Shown here piece after piece: positions 19,224-29,115 of a stretch of DNA of 64,000 nucleotides (position 1 is the stretch's first letter; each line of letters opens with the position of its first letter). Made by a program: the position numbers and the translations under genes. This stretch comes from Sphingobacteriales bacterium (GTDB lineage: Bacteria; Bacteroidota; Bacteroidia; Chitinophagales; JADIYW01). Below the pieces are notes generated by a model, which saw only the letters and a list, made by a program, of their open reading frames with translations, ran no database searches and was not told the origin of the DNA. The stretch is taken from the NCBI GenBank assembly GCA_016699615.1, contig CP064984.1, positions 1,358,185 to 1,422,184 of the forward strand, read 5' to 3'.

Positions 19224-20030
19224 TTAATCGATTTTACTCATTTCTACTGAACGATTTAAGGCAGATTGCATACCTTCTTGAATTGTGTTGTCTAATTTTA
19301 ATTGATTAAACTTGCTTATTGCTGCTTCTGTGGTGCCACCTTTTGATGCAACTCTGTTTATCCATTCAAGGCAAGATAAATTATTCGCTTTATATAAGGC
19401 AACTGCACCTTCAAAAGTTTGGGCAACCATGTTGCATGCTTCATCTTCAGAATAGCCAAATTGCTTTGCTTGTTCTATCATGGCGTTCATAAAATAAAAG
19501 ACATAGGCTGGGCCACTGCCAGAAATTGCTGTAATGCTATGTAGTTCACTTTCTTCTTTTAGTTGAATGGCTAATCCAGTGCATTCAATTAATTTCTTAA
19601 TCTCGACGGCTTTTTCGGCATCGATACTTTTATCAGCATAAAATCCTGTAACTCCAATTCCAAGCTGACAAGGTAAGTTTGGCATACATCGAACAATCTT
19701 TGTTGTACCTAATTGCTGGCTAATGGTTTCAATGGTAATGCCTGCCATAATTGATAAAATAATTTGATTTGGCTGTATATATTCTCTTAGATTAGAATAA
19801 ACAATATGCGCATCTTGAGGTTTTGTAGCTAAAATAATAACATCTTGTTTTGGTACAAAATCTCCAAAATCAGGATAAATATTTGTAATATTTAATTCTT
19901 TTAATGGATTTTGTTGCTTTTCGTTTTTTTCTATAACTGAAACTTGGTTTGGATTTAAAAATGCATCTTTTAGAAAACTTTCAATAAAAGCTTTGCCCAT
20001 ATTTCCTGCACCAATAATTAATACCTTCAT
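19224..20030 (-). CDS. proC: Pyrroline-5-carboxylate reductase
   Basis: 268-aa ORF. N-terminal Rossmann motif MKVLIIGAGNMG and C-terminal SKGGTTEAA motif. Confidence 0.9.
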   Translation of the reverse strand: MKVLIIGAGNMGKAFIESFLKDAFLNPNQVSVIEKNEKQQNPLKELNITNIYPDFGDFVPKQDVIILATKPQDAHIVYSNLREYIQPNQIILSIMAGITIETISQQLGTTKIVRCMPNLPCQLGIGVTGFYADKSIDAEKAVEIKKLIECTGLAIQLKEESELHSITAISGSGPAYVFYFMNAMIEQAKQFGYSEDEACNMVAQTFEGAVALYKANNLSCLEWINRVASKGGTTEAAISKFNQLKLDNTIQEGMQSALNRSVEMSKID

Positions 20031-20034
20031 GTGT

Positions 20035-20892
20035 CTATCTATTTAAAATTAAATTGTCAATTAATCTAATATTTCCAACTTTTGCAGCGATTAATGTAGT
20101 AATTGGAATGTTTTCTTGATATTCTTTAATATTTTCAAGCGTTTTCCCATCCACAATTACTAAATATTCTACCTGAATTAATGATTCTTCATTTAATTTC
20201 TGAATATTGTTATCTATTAATGTTTCAATGTTTTCTCTAGCATATTTGTCTTGTATATCTTTCAATGCTTGATATAAATTTACAGCCACACTTCTTTCTG
20301 CACTACTCAATCTCATATTGCGAGAACTCATAGCCAATCCGTCTTTTTCTCTCATTGTTTCGCAAATAATTATATTAGTTTTGATATTAAAAACATCTAT
20401 CAACCTTTGAATGACCATACATTGTTGATAGTCTTTTTGTCCAAGGAATAAAAAATCTGGTTGTACAATTTCTAGTAATTTCTTTACAACTTGTACTACG
20501 CCTTCGTAATGTCCTGGTCGTTTTTCGGCTTCTAATGTAGTACCTAAGAAACCTAAATCTATTTTTGGTTTTTCTTCATCAACACCATTAGGATATATTT
20601 CTTCTACATTTGGCACATAAACAATATCACAAGATGCTTCCAAAAGCATTTCCAAGTCTTTATCTATTTGAATTGGATATTTGTTAAAGTCGTTAATATC
20701 ATTAAACTGTGTTGGGTTAACAAATATACTTGCAATTGTAATATTGCATCTTTGCTTGGACTGTTTGATGAGTGATATATGCCCATCGTGCAGTGCGCCC
20801 ATTGTTGGTACAAATCCTATTGTATGGTTTATATCCAAGTTAAGTTCTTGAATATAACGCCTAAGTGCTATTTTGTCTTGAAATACTTTCAC
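20035..20892 (-). CDS. panC: Pantoate--beta-alanine ligase
   Basis: 285-aa ORF with the motifs GFVPTMGALHDGHISL and GQKDYQQ. Confidence 0.9.
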   Translation of the reverse strand: MKVFQDKIALRRYIQELNLDINHTIGFVPTMGALHDGHISLIKQSKQRCNITIASIFVNPTQFNDINDFNKYPIQIDKDLEMLLEASCDIVYVPNVEEIYPNGVDEEKPKIDLGFLGTTLEAEKRPGHYEGVVQVVKKLLEIVQPDFLFLGQKDYQQCMVIQRLIDVFNIKTNIIICETMREKDGLAMSSRNMRLSSAERSVAVNLYQALKDIQDKYARENIETLIDNNIQKLNEESLIQVEYLVIVDGKTLENIKEYQENIPITTLIAAKVGNIRLIDNLILNR

Positions 20893-20928
20893 AATAAAAA
20901 AATAAGCAATATTAACACATTAAATTCG

Positions 20929-20936
20929 TACCTTTG
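20929..20936 (+). promoter_or_regulatory. Candidate -7 promoter box (TAnnTTTG)
   Basis: TACCTTTG about 43 nt upstream of the ATG at 20979, in the divergent panC / glycogen-synthase-like intergenic region. Confidence 0.45.
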
Positions 20937-20978
20937 CGAAGTAATATATAAAATTTTATAAAAAAAGAAAGGTAGCGC

Positions 20979-21788
20979 ATGGAAACAAAGAGATTATTAT
21001 TTGTAGCACAGGAGATGGATCCATATCTAGCTATCACAGAAATGGCTAATTTGGTAAAAAAATTAGCACCAATTTCTAATGATAATGGATGGGAAGTAAG
21101 AGTGTTGATGCCTCGCTTTGGTGTTGTAAACGAACGAAGAAATAGATTGCACGAAGTAGTTAGACTAAGTGGAATTAATATCATTATTGATGACTTAGAT
21201 TACCCATTAATCATAAAAGTTGCGTCACTGCCTGGCACAAGAATTCAAGTGTATTTTTTAGATAATGAAGAATTCTTTAAAAGAAAAGCAGTTTTTAGAG
21301 ATGAAGATGAGAAGTTTTTTGATGATAACGGCGAAAGAATGATTTTTTTCTGCAAAAGTTTGATAGAAACTGTTCGTAAATTTGGATGGACACCAAATAT
21401 CATTCATTGTCATGGTTGGTTCACCAGTTTGATTCCTTTATACCTAAAAACACATTACGCTAAAGATCCAATATTTGCCAATAGCAAAATTGTTTATTCT
21501 TTGTACGAGCAAGAGTTTAAAGAGAAATTCAATAAAAAACTGCTAAAGAAGGCAAAAATATCTGATTTGGTAAAAGAAAAAGATATAGAACTTTTAGAAG
21601 GATTAAATAATGATGCACTAAATAAAATTGGCATAAAATATGCACATGCAGTCACTGTTGGTTCAGATCAAATAAAAGATGTTGCAGAATTAAAAAAACT
21701 AGCAGGTAAAAAACCATTTCTAAACTATCAAGAAGAAGTAGATGTACAATTAAACTACTTAGATTTTTTTAATAAACTAATTGAATAA
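20979..21788 (+). CDS. Short glycogen/starch-synthase-like protein (GT5 N-terminal domain only)
   Basis: 269-aa ORF: LLFVAQEMDPY...RVLMPRFG...IIHCHGWFTSLIPLYLK. The panC-divergent position followed by DUF4270 is typical of Flavobacteriia-like genomes. Confidence 0.75.
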   Translation: METKRLLFVAQEMDPYLAITEMANLVKKLAPISNDNGWEVRVLMPRFGVVNERRNRLHEVVRLSGINIIIDDLDYPLIIKVASLPGTRIQVYFLDNEEFFKRKAVFRDEDEKFFDDNGERMIFFCKSLIETVRKFGWTPNIIHCHGWFTSLIPLYLKTHYAKDPIFANSKIVYSLYEQEFKEKFNKKLLKKAKISDLVKEKDIELLEGLNNDALNKIGIKYAHAVTVGSDQIKDVAELKKLAGKKPFLNYQEEVDVQLNYLDFFNKLIE

Positions 21789-21798
21789 TAACTAATAA

Positions 21799-23151
21799 AT
21801 GAATAAATATTTTCTTTTATTTCCTATGGTTTTCCTTTTAATTTTTTCATGTAAAAAAGCAGAAAACATAGGGCAAGATTTACTTCCAGATGAAGATTTC
21901 CTAAATTTTAATTATACAGATACCTTTGTTGTTTCAACAAAAACAGTAGCAGACGAACCATCAAGAACTGATAAACTCACAGGATTGTATCTTGGTACAT
22001 TAAATAGTACAAAAATGGGAAAAAGCACAGCTAAAATAATGTTTGAGCTGTCAAACCCACTTAGCTTACCAGCAGATAGTTTAGCGCCATTTACTATAGA
22101 TTCTGCTGTATTGTTCCTAAAATACATTGTATTTTATGGTGATACACTACAAGCAAATGATTATGTAGTAAAGAAATTAAATGCAAATATTGCTGATGAC
22201 CAAATATACAACTCAAACCAAACAGGTATTTTTGGCACAACAGAAATTGGAAGAGCAAACAACCTAACACTGAATCCAACACAAGAAGTACGTACATATC
22301 TTACAGATTCTACTGGAACACAGTCAGTAATTAGAATTCCAATGAATACATCTTTTGCACAAGAATTTGTAAATAAAATAGGCTCAGCAGATAGTGTCTT
22401 ACATACGTTCACAAAGTTTGATGCATATTTCAGAGGAATTGAAGTATCTATTGAGAATGCAAGTGCAAATACAATGGCTTTGATTAATCTAAATAGTTTA
22501 GCAACTAAGTTTTCAATCTTTTATAGAGACGTAAATGGTACAGCAAGAGAATTAACTTTTCCAGCAAGATTATTCACAGTTTCAAGTAGCTTACAGGCAT
22601 CATCTATTAATAATTTTGAATACACAAATAGTACAACTACACAAGATGCGATAAACTCTACAAATCAAACAGATAGTGTAAATTACATCATCGGACAGTC
22701 AGGCACATTAAACAAAATCACATTACCAGATATTTCTACATTCCAAAATGCGGCATTCAATAGAGCAGAACTATTAGTAACTCAATTAGAATCTAATATA
22801 GACACATCACAAAACCCTACAACATTATATTTAATTTATAAAGATAATTCTGGAGAATGGCAGAGTGGAGCAATTGGCTCAAGAGATTCAGTATTAATTA
22901 ATAGCTTGGGACAAAAAGTAGCGAGATATTCATTTAATATCACAAAACTATTAAATGATATGAATTTGAATAGAATCACAACAAGAGAAGTATACTTGTC
23001 TAATCACTATGCACCAATTACACAAGTATCAACATTAAATTCATTATTATCAGTTGGCGGATTTCCACCAACAAGAATTATAGTTGGAGGTAGTAATAGT
23101 TCAGATCCTTTATTAAAAACAAAGCTTAGATTATATTATTCTAAGAAATAA
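21799..23151 (+). CDS. DUF4270-family lipoprotein
   Basis: 450-aa ORF with lipobox LLIFSC, rich in S/T/N. The call rests on context (glycogen-synthase-like gene upstream, glmS downstream). Confidence 0.6.
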   Translation: MNKYFLLFPMVFLLIFSCKKAENIGQDLLPDEDFLNFNYTDTFVVSTKTVADEPSRTDKLTGLYLGTLNSTKMGKSTAKIMFELSNPLSLPADSLAPFTIDSAVLFLKYIVFYGDTLQANDYVVKKLNANIADDQIYNSNQTGIFGTTEIGRANNLTLNPTQEVRTYLTDSTGTQSVIRIPMNTSFAQEFVNKIGSADSVLHTFTKFDAYFRGIEVSIENASANTMALINLNSLATKFSIFYRDVNGTARELTFPARLFTVSSSLQASSINNFEYTNSTTTQDAINSTNQTDSVNYIIGQSGTLNKITLPDISTFQNAAFNRAELLVTQLESNIDTSQNPTTLYLIYKDNSGEWQSGAIGSRDSVLINSLGQKVARYSFNITKLLNDMNLNRITTREVYLSNHYAPITQVSTLNSLLSVGGFPPTRIIVGGSNSSDPLLKTKLRLYYSKK

Positions 23152-23155
23152 TTTT
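23148..23155 (+). promoter_or_regulatory. Candidate -7 promoter box (TAnnTTTG)
   Basis: TAATTTTG overlaps the upstream stop codon, about 37 nt before the glmS ATG. A rare AAGGAG sits 10 nt before that ATG. Confidence 0.4.
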
Positions 23156-23191
23156 GTATTTTCATTTCACAAAAAGTACAAGGAGAAAAAT

Positions 23192-25039
23192 ATGTGTGGA
23201 ATTATTGGATATATAGGAAAAAAACAAGCATTTCCCATCATTATTAATGGGCTAAAAAGACTTGAATATAGAGGTTATGATAGCTCAGGTGTTGCGCTTT
23301 TAAGTGAAAACTCAGATATTAAAGTGTATAAGAAAAAAGGCAAAGTTATAGAAATGGAAACTTATGCCAAACAAAATGATACACAAGGAAATATAGGTAT
23401 TGGACACACAAGATGGGCAACACATGGCGAAGCAAATGATGTAAACGCACATCCACATCTAAATGAAAACAAAGACATTGCCATCATACACAATGGAATA
23501 ATTGAAAACTATAACTCATTAAAAGTTGCGTTACAAGGAAGAGGTTACCATTTTGCATCTCAAACAGATACCGAAGTTCTTGTACATTTGATAGATGATA
23601 TTATAAAAAACACAGGCGCTGATTTGGCAGAAGCAGTAAGGCTTGCACTAAATGAAGTTATTGGAGCATACGCAATTGTTGTAGTCTCAAAAAGAGAACC
23701 CAATAAATTAGTTGTTGCAAAATTGAGTAGTCCTATGGTTGTTGGTTTTGGCGATGGAGAAGTTTTTGTGGCTTCAGATGGTTCACCATTAATAGAACAC
23801 ACCAAAAGAGTAACATACTTAGAAGATGGACAAATGGCTGTTTTACATCTTGATGGAAACATAGATATAAAAAATATAAAAGACAATACATCACATATTC
23901 CATATATAGATGAATTAGAATTAAGCCTTGAAGCAATAGAAAAAGGTGGTTTTGAATATTTCATGATGAAGGAAATACACGAACAACCACAAGCAATACT
24001 TAATAGTATTCGTGGAAGAATGAGTGTACCACAATTAGAAGTAAATTTGGGTGGAATTAGCCAGTACGAAAATATTTTTAAACAAGCAGAAAGAATAATT
24101 ATTGTAGCATGTGGCACATCTTGGCACAGTGGATTGATTGGAGAATATTTAATTGAAGAATTTGCACGTACAAATGTAGAAGTAGAATATGCAAGCGAAT
24201 TTAGATACAGAAATCCAGTAATTAGCGAACGAGATATTGTTATTGCAATTTCTCAATCTGGAGAAACTGCAGATACAAAAGCAGCATTAGAATTGGCAAA
24301 ACAAAAAGGCGCATTTACATTTGGCATTTGTAATGTAGTTGGCTCAAATATTGCACGTATGACAGATGCTGGAGCATACACACATGCGGGACCAGAAATT
24401 GGCGTAGCATCTACAAAAGCATTTTCTACACAAGTAAGTATTTTAATATTAATAGCAATTAAATTAGCAAAAATAAAAGGTACTATTTCTAATACATTGT
24501 TGAATGAATTGCTATCAGAATTGGAAACATTACCTTCAAAAATTGAAGAAATATTAAAAAGTAATGACTACATCAGTGAAATTGCAGAAACGTTTAAAGA
24601 TGTATCAAATTTTTTATATTTAGGAAGAGGATACAATTTTCCAGTAGCATTAGAAGGCGCATTAAAACTAAAAGAAATATCTTACATACATGCAGAAGGA
24701 TATCCAGCAGCAGAAATGAAACATGGGCCAATTGCATTGATTGATGAAAATATGCCAGTGGTTGTTTTAGCACCAAACTCACAATATTACGAGAAGGTAT
24801 TGTCAAATGTGGAAGAAGTAAAAACAAGAAAAGGAAGGATAATTGCAGTTGTAACCAAAGGCGATACAGATATGAAACATTTGGCAGAATATATTATTGA
24901 AGTTCCAAATACTGTAGAAGCGCTTTCACCAATACTTACGGTTGTTCCTTTGCAATTGTTAGCATATCATATTGCTGTAATGAGAGGTTGTGATGTAGAC
25001 CAACCAAGAAATCTTGCAAAAAGTGTAACTGTTGAATAA
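23192..25039 (+). CDS. glmS: Glutamine--fructose-6-phosphate aminotransferase (isomerising)
   Basis: 615-aa ORF. It starts with MCGIIGY, has two SIS domains, and ends with NLAKSVTVE. Confidence 0.95.
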   Translation: MCGIIGYIGKKQAFPIIINGLKRLEYRGYDSSGVALLSENSDIKVYKKKGKVIEMETYAKQNDTQGNIGIGHTRWATHGEANDVNAHPHLNENKDIAIIHNGIIENYNSLKVALQGRGYHFASQTDTEVLVHLIDDIIKNTGADLAEAVRLALNEVIGAYAIVVVSKREPNKLVVAKLSSPMVVGFGDGEVFVASDGSPLIEHTKRVTYLEDGQMAVLHLDGNIDIKNIKDNTSHIPYIDELELSLEAIEKGGFEYFMMKEIHEQPQAILNSIRGRMSVPQLEVNLGGISQYENIFKQAERIIIVACGTSWHSGLIGEYLIEEFARTNVEVEYASEFRYRNPVISERDIVIAISQSGETADTKAALELAKQKGAFTFGICNVVGSNIARMTDAGAYTHAGPEIGVASTKAFSTQVSILILIAIKLAKIKGTISNTLLNELLSELETLPSKIEEILKSNDYISEIAETFKDVSNFLYLGRGYNFPVALEGALKLKEISYIHAEGYPAAEMKHGPIALIDENMPVVVLAPNSQYYEKVLSNVEEVKTRKGRIIAVVTKGDTDMKHLAEYIIEVPNTVEALSPILTVVPLQLLAYHIAVMRGCDVDQPRNLAKSVTVE

Positions 25040-25715
25040 ATATCAAAAAATACTCAAGTATACAATATTTGTAGGCATTGCATTATTTGTCTTTTCGTTA
25101 GTTTTACAATTTACAAACCCAAAAGCTGAAGATAATTTACCTGCAGGTTTTAGCACACCAATTATTGCATTTGAATTTATTCAAACTAAAGAGCAAGTTA
25201 TTGCCTTTTTCAAAGTGGAAGATGTAGAAAAATATATGCATAACATGCATTTAGGTAATAAAATTGACTATATTTTCATGATTACATATAGTGTATTCTT
25301 GTTTTTAATAGCCAATTATTTATATACAAAATCAAAGGCAAGAATACTAATATTAGCAATGATTTTAGCACCATTAGCTTGTTTGTTTGATGCATTAGAA
25401 AATTTCCAAATTTATAATATTATTAAAGACATACACGCAAATTTAGACATTTTACTTTCAGATTTAAGATTATATACTTGGTTAAAATGGGGTTCTTTAG
25501 CAATCATTTTTACAATTTTTGGCATGTCTTATCTAAAAAATAGAAACAAATGGTTTGCTTTAATAGCAATCGTTCCAATTTGCATTATGCCAATTGCTAT
25601 TTTTAGTTACAATACCATCAATGAAGTTTTTTCATTTAGCATAATCCTAAACTTTCTTGTGGCATTTATCTTTGTTGTACTAGAATATAGAAAAGCATTA
25701 TTAGAAACTAAATAA
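25032..25715 (+). CDS. Hypothetical polytopic membrane protein
   Basis: 227-aa ORF with about 6 hydrophobic segments. It has a TTG start that overlaps the glmS end by 8 nt. I recognised no family. Confidence 0.5.
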   Translation: MNKYQKILKYTIFVGIALFVFSLVLQFTNPKAEDNLPAGFSTPIIAFEFIQTKEQVIAFFKVEDVEKYMHNMHLGNKIDYIFMITYSVFLFLIANYLYTKSKARILILAMILAPLACLFDALENFQIYNIIKDIHANLDILLSDLRLYTWLKWGSLAIIFTIFGMSYLKNRNKWFALIAIVPICIMPIAIFSYNTINEVFSFSIILNFLVAFIFVVLEYRKALLETK

Positions 25716-26481
25716 GTAATTTATTTTCAATGCCCATTCCAAACAAAGCATAGTCAAAACGAACTGGGTCTTTTGCATCAATTTTCTTCAAGTTATCTGT
25801 TAATTCTACCACAGTCTTCCAATCTCTTTGTTTTCTCTCAATTAAACCCAATGCACGTGCGTGGCGTTCAACATGTACATCCAATGGAATAAATAATTGA
25901 TGCGGTTTTATCTTATTCCAAATTCCAAAATCAACACCACACTTGTCTTTTCTTACCATCCAACGCAAATACATATTTATTCTTTTGCAAGTAGAATTAT
26001 TAATGGGTGATGAAATATGCTTTTTTGTTCTATTAGGAAAATCAGGCAACGAAAAAAACGCTTGCTGAAATTGAACCAAACCATTTTCAAGATTATCATT
26101 TACAAACAAATTTTCTAATGAGTCGTTTTTTCTATAATATTGATTGAAGAAATGAATACAATACAATAAATCAGTACTATTAAAAGTACGATGTACAAAA
26201 TCTTGAAATCTAATTAAATCTTTTTCTTTATGGTTTAATATAAAATCATGAGGTGCATTGTCCATCAATTCTACAATTCTATTTGCATTTTTGATGATAG
26301 TTTTTCGCAAGCCCCAAGCCAAAATTGCCGCAAAAAAACCAGCAATTTCTATATCTTGTTTCTTAGAAAAACGATGTGGCACAGAGATAGGGTCATCTAC
26401 AATAAAATCTATGCAATTGTATTTACGATAATAAAAATCAAGTAGTTTTATATTTGATGGTTTAGGCATATATTTTGGCAT
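25708..26481 (-). CDS. TIGR02757 (DUF2400) family protein
   Basis: 257-aa ORF: PHRFSKKQDIEIAGFFAAILAWGLRKTII ... LFIPLDVHVERHARALGL. These motifs are typical of this family of unknown function. Confidence 0.7.
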   Translation of the reverse strand: MPKYMPKPSNIKLLDFYYRKYNCIDFIVDDPISVPHRFSKKQDIEIAGFFAAILAWGLRKTIIKNANRIVELMDNAPHDFILNHKEKDLIRFQDFVHRTFNSTDLLYCIHFFNQYYRKNDSLENLFVNDNLENGLVQFQQAFFSLPDFPNRTKKHISSPINNSTCKRINMYLRWMVRKDKCGVDFGIWNKIKPHQLFIPLDVHVERHARALGLIERKQRDWKTVVELTDNLKKIDAKDPVRFDYALFGMGIENKLLI

Positions 26482-26565
26482 TTATGATATATATCATCAA
26501 ACGAAAGACTAAAATAATATTTTAATATCAAAAGCTTATGTATTTTTGTCATTCAATCTTGTAGT

Positions 26566-27399
26566 ATGAATTTTTTAAATAATAAAACTAATTTTGAATT
26601 AATTGAATTTGGCAAACAAAATCATGATGCATACGTAAATGCAAATCCATTTCCAAGTGGCTATTATGATAATTTATTTAATCCAGAATTATTAAGAGAA
26701 ATTATAGCAGAATTTCCAGAAATTGGAAAAGCAAAAGAAGATATTCATTATGAAAACCCAAATGAACAAAAATTTGCAACCAAAGGCGAGAATAGATTTT
26801 ACCAAAACCAAAGAATTTATTCATTATCTAAATTCTCAACCATTCTTAGAGTTTTTGCAACAACTTACAGGCATCAAAGAAACATTAATTCCTGATCCAT
26901 ACTTGGAAGGTGGAGGTTTCCATCAAATAAAACCTGGAGGTTTCTTAAAGATGCATGTTGATTTTCACAAACATAAATTGACAAACTTAGATAGAAGATT
27001 AAATATTTTAGTTTATCTAAACGAAGATTGGAAAGAAGAATATGGCGGACATTTTGAGCTTTGGGAAAAGATATGAGCAAATGCGTAACCAAAATATTAC
27101 CATCATTCAATCGTTTGGCAATGTTTTCTACCACAGATTATTCTTGGCATGGTTTGCCAGATCCACTTACTTGCCCACCAGACAGAAGTAGACGTTCTAT
27201 AGCATTATATTATTATACTAATGGCAGACCAGAAGGCGAAGTAAATGCAGGCGACAAATCAAGAATTACAACCACATTTGCAACCAGAAAAGGACAAGAC
27301 AACTCATCTATGAAATTTTTTAATGGCTTGGTTAATTTTGCTAATGATATACTTCCACCATTTTTAGTTAGATTTATAAAAAAATTTAGAAATACCTAA
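26566..27399 (+). pseudogene. 2OG-Fe(II) oxygenase (prolyl-hydroxylase/Tpa1-like), two frameshifts
   Basis: Three overlapping ORFs (26566-26895, 26723-27076, 27061-27399) read consecutively: MNFLNNK...KFATKGENR / FTKTKEFIHYLNSQPFLEFLQQLTGIKE...GGFLKMHVDFHKH...RRLNILVYLNEDWKEEYGGHFELWEK / DMSKCVTKILPSFNRLAMFSTTDYSWHGLPDP. The junctions are near the T4 run at 26797-26800 and the A4 run at 27066-27069. Confidence 0.8.
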
Positions 27400-27425
27400 T
27401 ATCACAAACCAACTATTCTATCTAT

Positions 27426-28319
27426 ATGGAAATAATACAACAATGTTATTGTTGCAAGAGCAATAATTTTAAAACATACACAAAAGCAAAAGACAACTAC
27501 GCAAACGAAGTATTTTCTATACAACAGTGCGAGAGTTGTGGTTTTGTGTTTACCAATCCAAGACCAGAAATTCAAGATATAGGAAAATATTATAACGCTG
27601 CAGGTTATTTATCGCACCAAAGCCACAGCAAAGGCTTTGTACAAAGTATATATAGATACGCAAGAAATTATATGAAGAAAAAGAAACTATCTTTAATTCA
27701 AAATGAGATAGGCAAAAAAGATAATTTCACGTTATTAGATTTTGGTTGCGGCACAGGCGATTTTCTATCATTTATCAAAGAAAATAATATACAAGCAGAA
27801 GGCATAGAACCAGACGAACATGCAAGAAGTGTAGCAAAAAACATCAATAAATTAGACGTTTTTTCTTTAGAAGATATGAATACAATAACTAATGACAAAT
27901 ATGATGTTATTACACTCTGGCACGTTTTAGAACATGTATATAATCTACACGAACAGATAGATTACTTCCACAAATGGCTAAAACCAAATGGAAAACTAAT
28001 CATTGCAGTACCCAATATTGAAAGTTATGATGCTAAGAAATATCAACAACATTGGGATGGTTTAGATGTACCAAGACATATTTATCATTTTTCTCCTAAA
28101 AATATTGCTCAAATTTTAGGCAACCAACAATTTGTATTGCAAGGTACACATCCATTGTTTTTAGATGCCTATTATGTGTCTATGCGTAGCGAATGGCATC
28201 ATGGCACAAATAGACTTTTAGCTTACATAAAAGCAGTTTTTGTTGGATTTAATAGTAATCAAAAAGCAAAAAAAGACGGAAATTATAGTAGCTTGATTTA
28301 CATTTTTGGTAAAAAATAA
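27426..28319 (+). CDS. Class I SAM-dependent methyltransferase with an N-terminal Cys4 zinc ribbon
   Basis: 297-aa ORF: CYCCKS...CESCG, then the SAM motif LLDFGCGTGDF. Confidence 0.8.
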   Translation: MEIIQQCYCCKSNNFKTYTKAKDNYANEVFSIQQCESCGFVFTNPRPEIQDIGKYYNAAGYLSHQSHSKGFVQSIYRYARNYMKKKKLSLIQNEIGKKDNFTLLDFGCGTGDFLSFIKENNIQAEGIEPDEHARSVAKNINKLDVFSLEDMNTITNDKYDVITLWHVLEHVYNLHEQIDYFHKWLKPNGKLIIAVPNIESYDAKKYQQHWDGLDVPRHIYHFSPKNIAQILGNQQFVLQGTHPLFLDAYYVSMRSEWHHGTNRLLAYIKAVFVGFNSNQKAKKDGNYSSLIYIFGKK

Positions 28320-28320
28320 A

Positions 28321-28348
28321 AAGAGCTAAGTAAAACTTAACTCTTTTT
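28321..28348. terminator. Bidirectional rho-independent terminator between the methyltransferase gene and tRNA-Gln
   Basis: AAGAGCTAAG-TAAAA-CTTAACTCTT (9 of 10 bp pair), flanked by an A-run upstream and a T-run downstream. Confidence 0.55.
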
Positions 28349-28351
28349 AAG

Positions 28352-28422
28352 TAGGCCGATAAGGATTCGAACCTTAACTAAAGGCACCAAAAACCTCTGT
28401 GCTACCGTTACACCATCAGCCT
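28352..28422 (-). tRNA. tRNA-Gln (anticodon UUG)
   Basis: Hand-folded minus-strand sequence AGGCTGATGGTGTAACGGTAGCACAGAGGTTTTTGGTGCCTTTAGTTAAGGTTCGAATCCTTATCGGCCTA. It gives a 7-bp acceptor stem, a D arm, anticodon loop TTTTGGT (anticodon TTG), and a T arm TAAGG-TTCGAAT-CCTTA. No CCA is encoded. Confidence 0.85.
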
Positions 28423-28535
28423 AATTGGTGTGCAAATTTATAAAAAATTCTAAATATCTAAAACTTATTTTTAGAAATAATCTTTTTTTAAAACTGCAAA
28501 CAAAGTTAAAAAGCATTAATTATAATGTAGAACAA

Positions 28536-28543
28536 TAATTTTG
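28536..28543 (+). promoter_or_regulatory. Candidate -7 promoter box (TAnnTTTG)
   Basis: TAATTTTG about 38 nt upstream of the ATG at 28582. Confidence 0.4.
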
Positions 28544-28581
28544 TAGAAAAAAATTTATATTATTGACACAAAAAAAATAAA

Positions 28582-29112
28582 ATGAAAAGATTATGTATTT
28601 TAATTGTGAGTGTATTTGTTTTGTTTGCTTGTACGCAAGATCCAAAAATTGATTTTGTAAAAGCAGCACAAACAGAAATAGGCAACCTAAAAAAAGAAAG
28701 TGCAAATTTTTCAACTGTTCTAGACTTTATTAATTTATCTGAAGAAGAATTTGACTTTAAAGATGTTGTATTAGATTTTAAAATTGATGGCAAAGAAATA
28801 GGAACAATATTCTTAGAGAAAGCAAAAAAAATAAAAACACACTCTGAGTTTAATATTCCAATTAAATATAACTACGAAACTAAGCATGTATTAGATCCAG
28901 ATGAAGAGCCAGAACATTTATACTTAATAGAACTATCTGGAAAAATGACATTGAAAGATAAAAGTGGCAAAGAAATTGTAGTACCTATCAAGCATAAAGA
29001 AAGCTACGAATACAAAACCAACAAAGAAGAAAGAAGAGATAATAGACAAGAAAAGAAAGAAGAAAAAGAAAAAAGAAAAGAAGAACGCAAAAAAGAAAAA
29101 AACAACGATTAA
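28582..29112 (+). CDS. Lipoprotein with a LEA_2 (LEA14/NDR1-HIN1-like) domain and a hyper-charged K/E/R C-terminal tail
   Basis: 176-aa ORF with lipobox VLFAC. It has a beta-sandwich-like core (VVLDFKIDGKEIGTIFLEKAKKIKTHSEFNIPIKY) and the tail KEERRDNRQEKKEEKEKRKEERKKEKNND. Confidence 0.6.
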   Translation: MKRLCILIVSVFVLFACTQDPKIDFVKAAQTEIGNLKKESANFSTVLDFINLSEEEFDFKDVVLDFKIDGKEIGTIFLEKAKKIKTHSEFNIPIKYNYETKHVLDPDEEPEHLYLIELSGKMTLKDKSGKEIVVPIKHKESYEYKTNKEERRDNRQEKKEEKEKRKEERKKEKNND

Positions 29113-29115
29113 AAA

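Noticed and set aside
19217-19234. Perfect 18-bp palindrome AAATCGATTAATCGATTT spanning the proC stop codon.
   Set aside because: A rough estimate says a few perfect 18-bp palindromes are expected by chance in 64 kb at this composition. No T-run follows it, so it is not a convincing terminator. It remains possible as a protein-binding site, but that is unsupported.
28352-28422. tRNA-Gln as a possible genomic-island integration site.
   Set aside because: There is no integrase, no direct repeat of the tRNA 3' end and no compositional break nearby. The flanking genes look like ordinary chromosomal genes.
29018-29105. AAG/AAA-rich low-complexity DNA that superficially looks repetitive.
   Set aside because: It has no regular repeat-spacer structure, so it is neither a CRISPR array nor a tandem repeat. 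It is simply the coding sequence of a K/E/R-rich tail.
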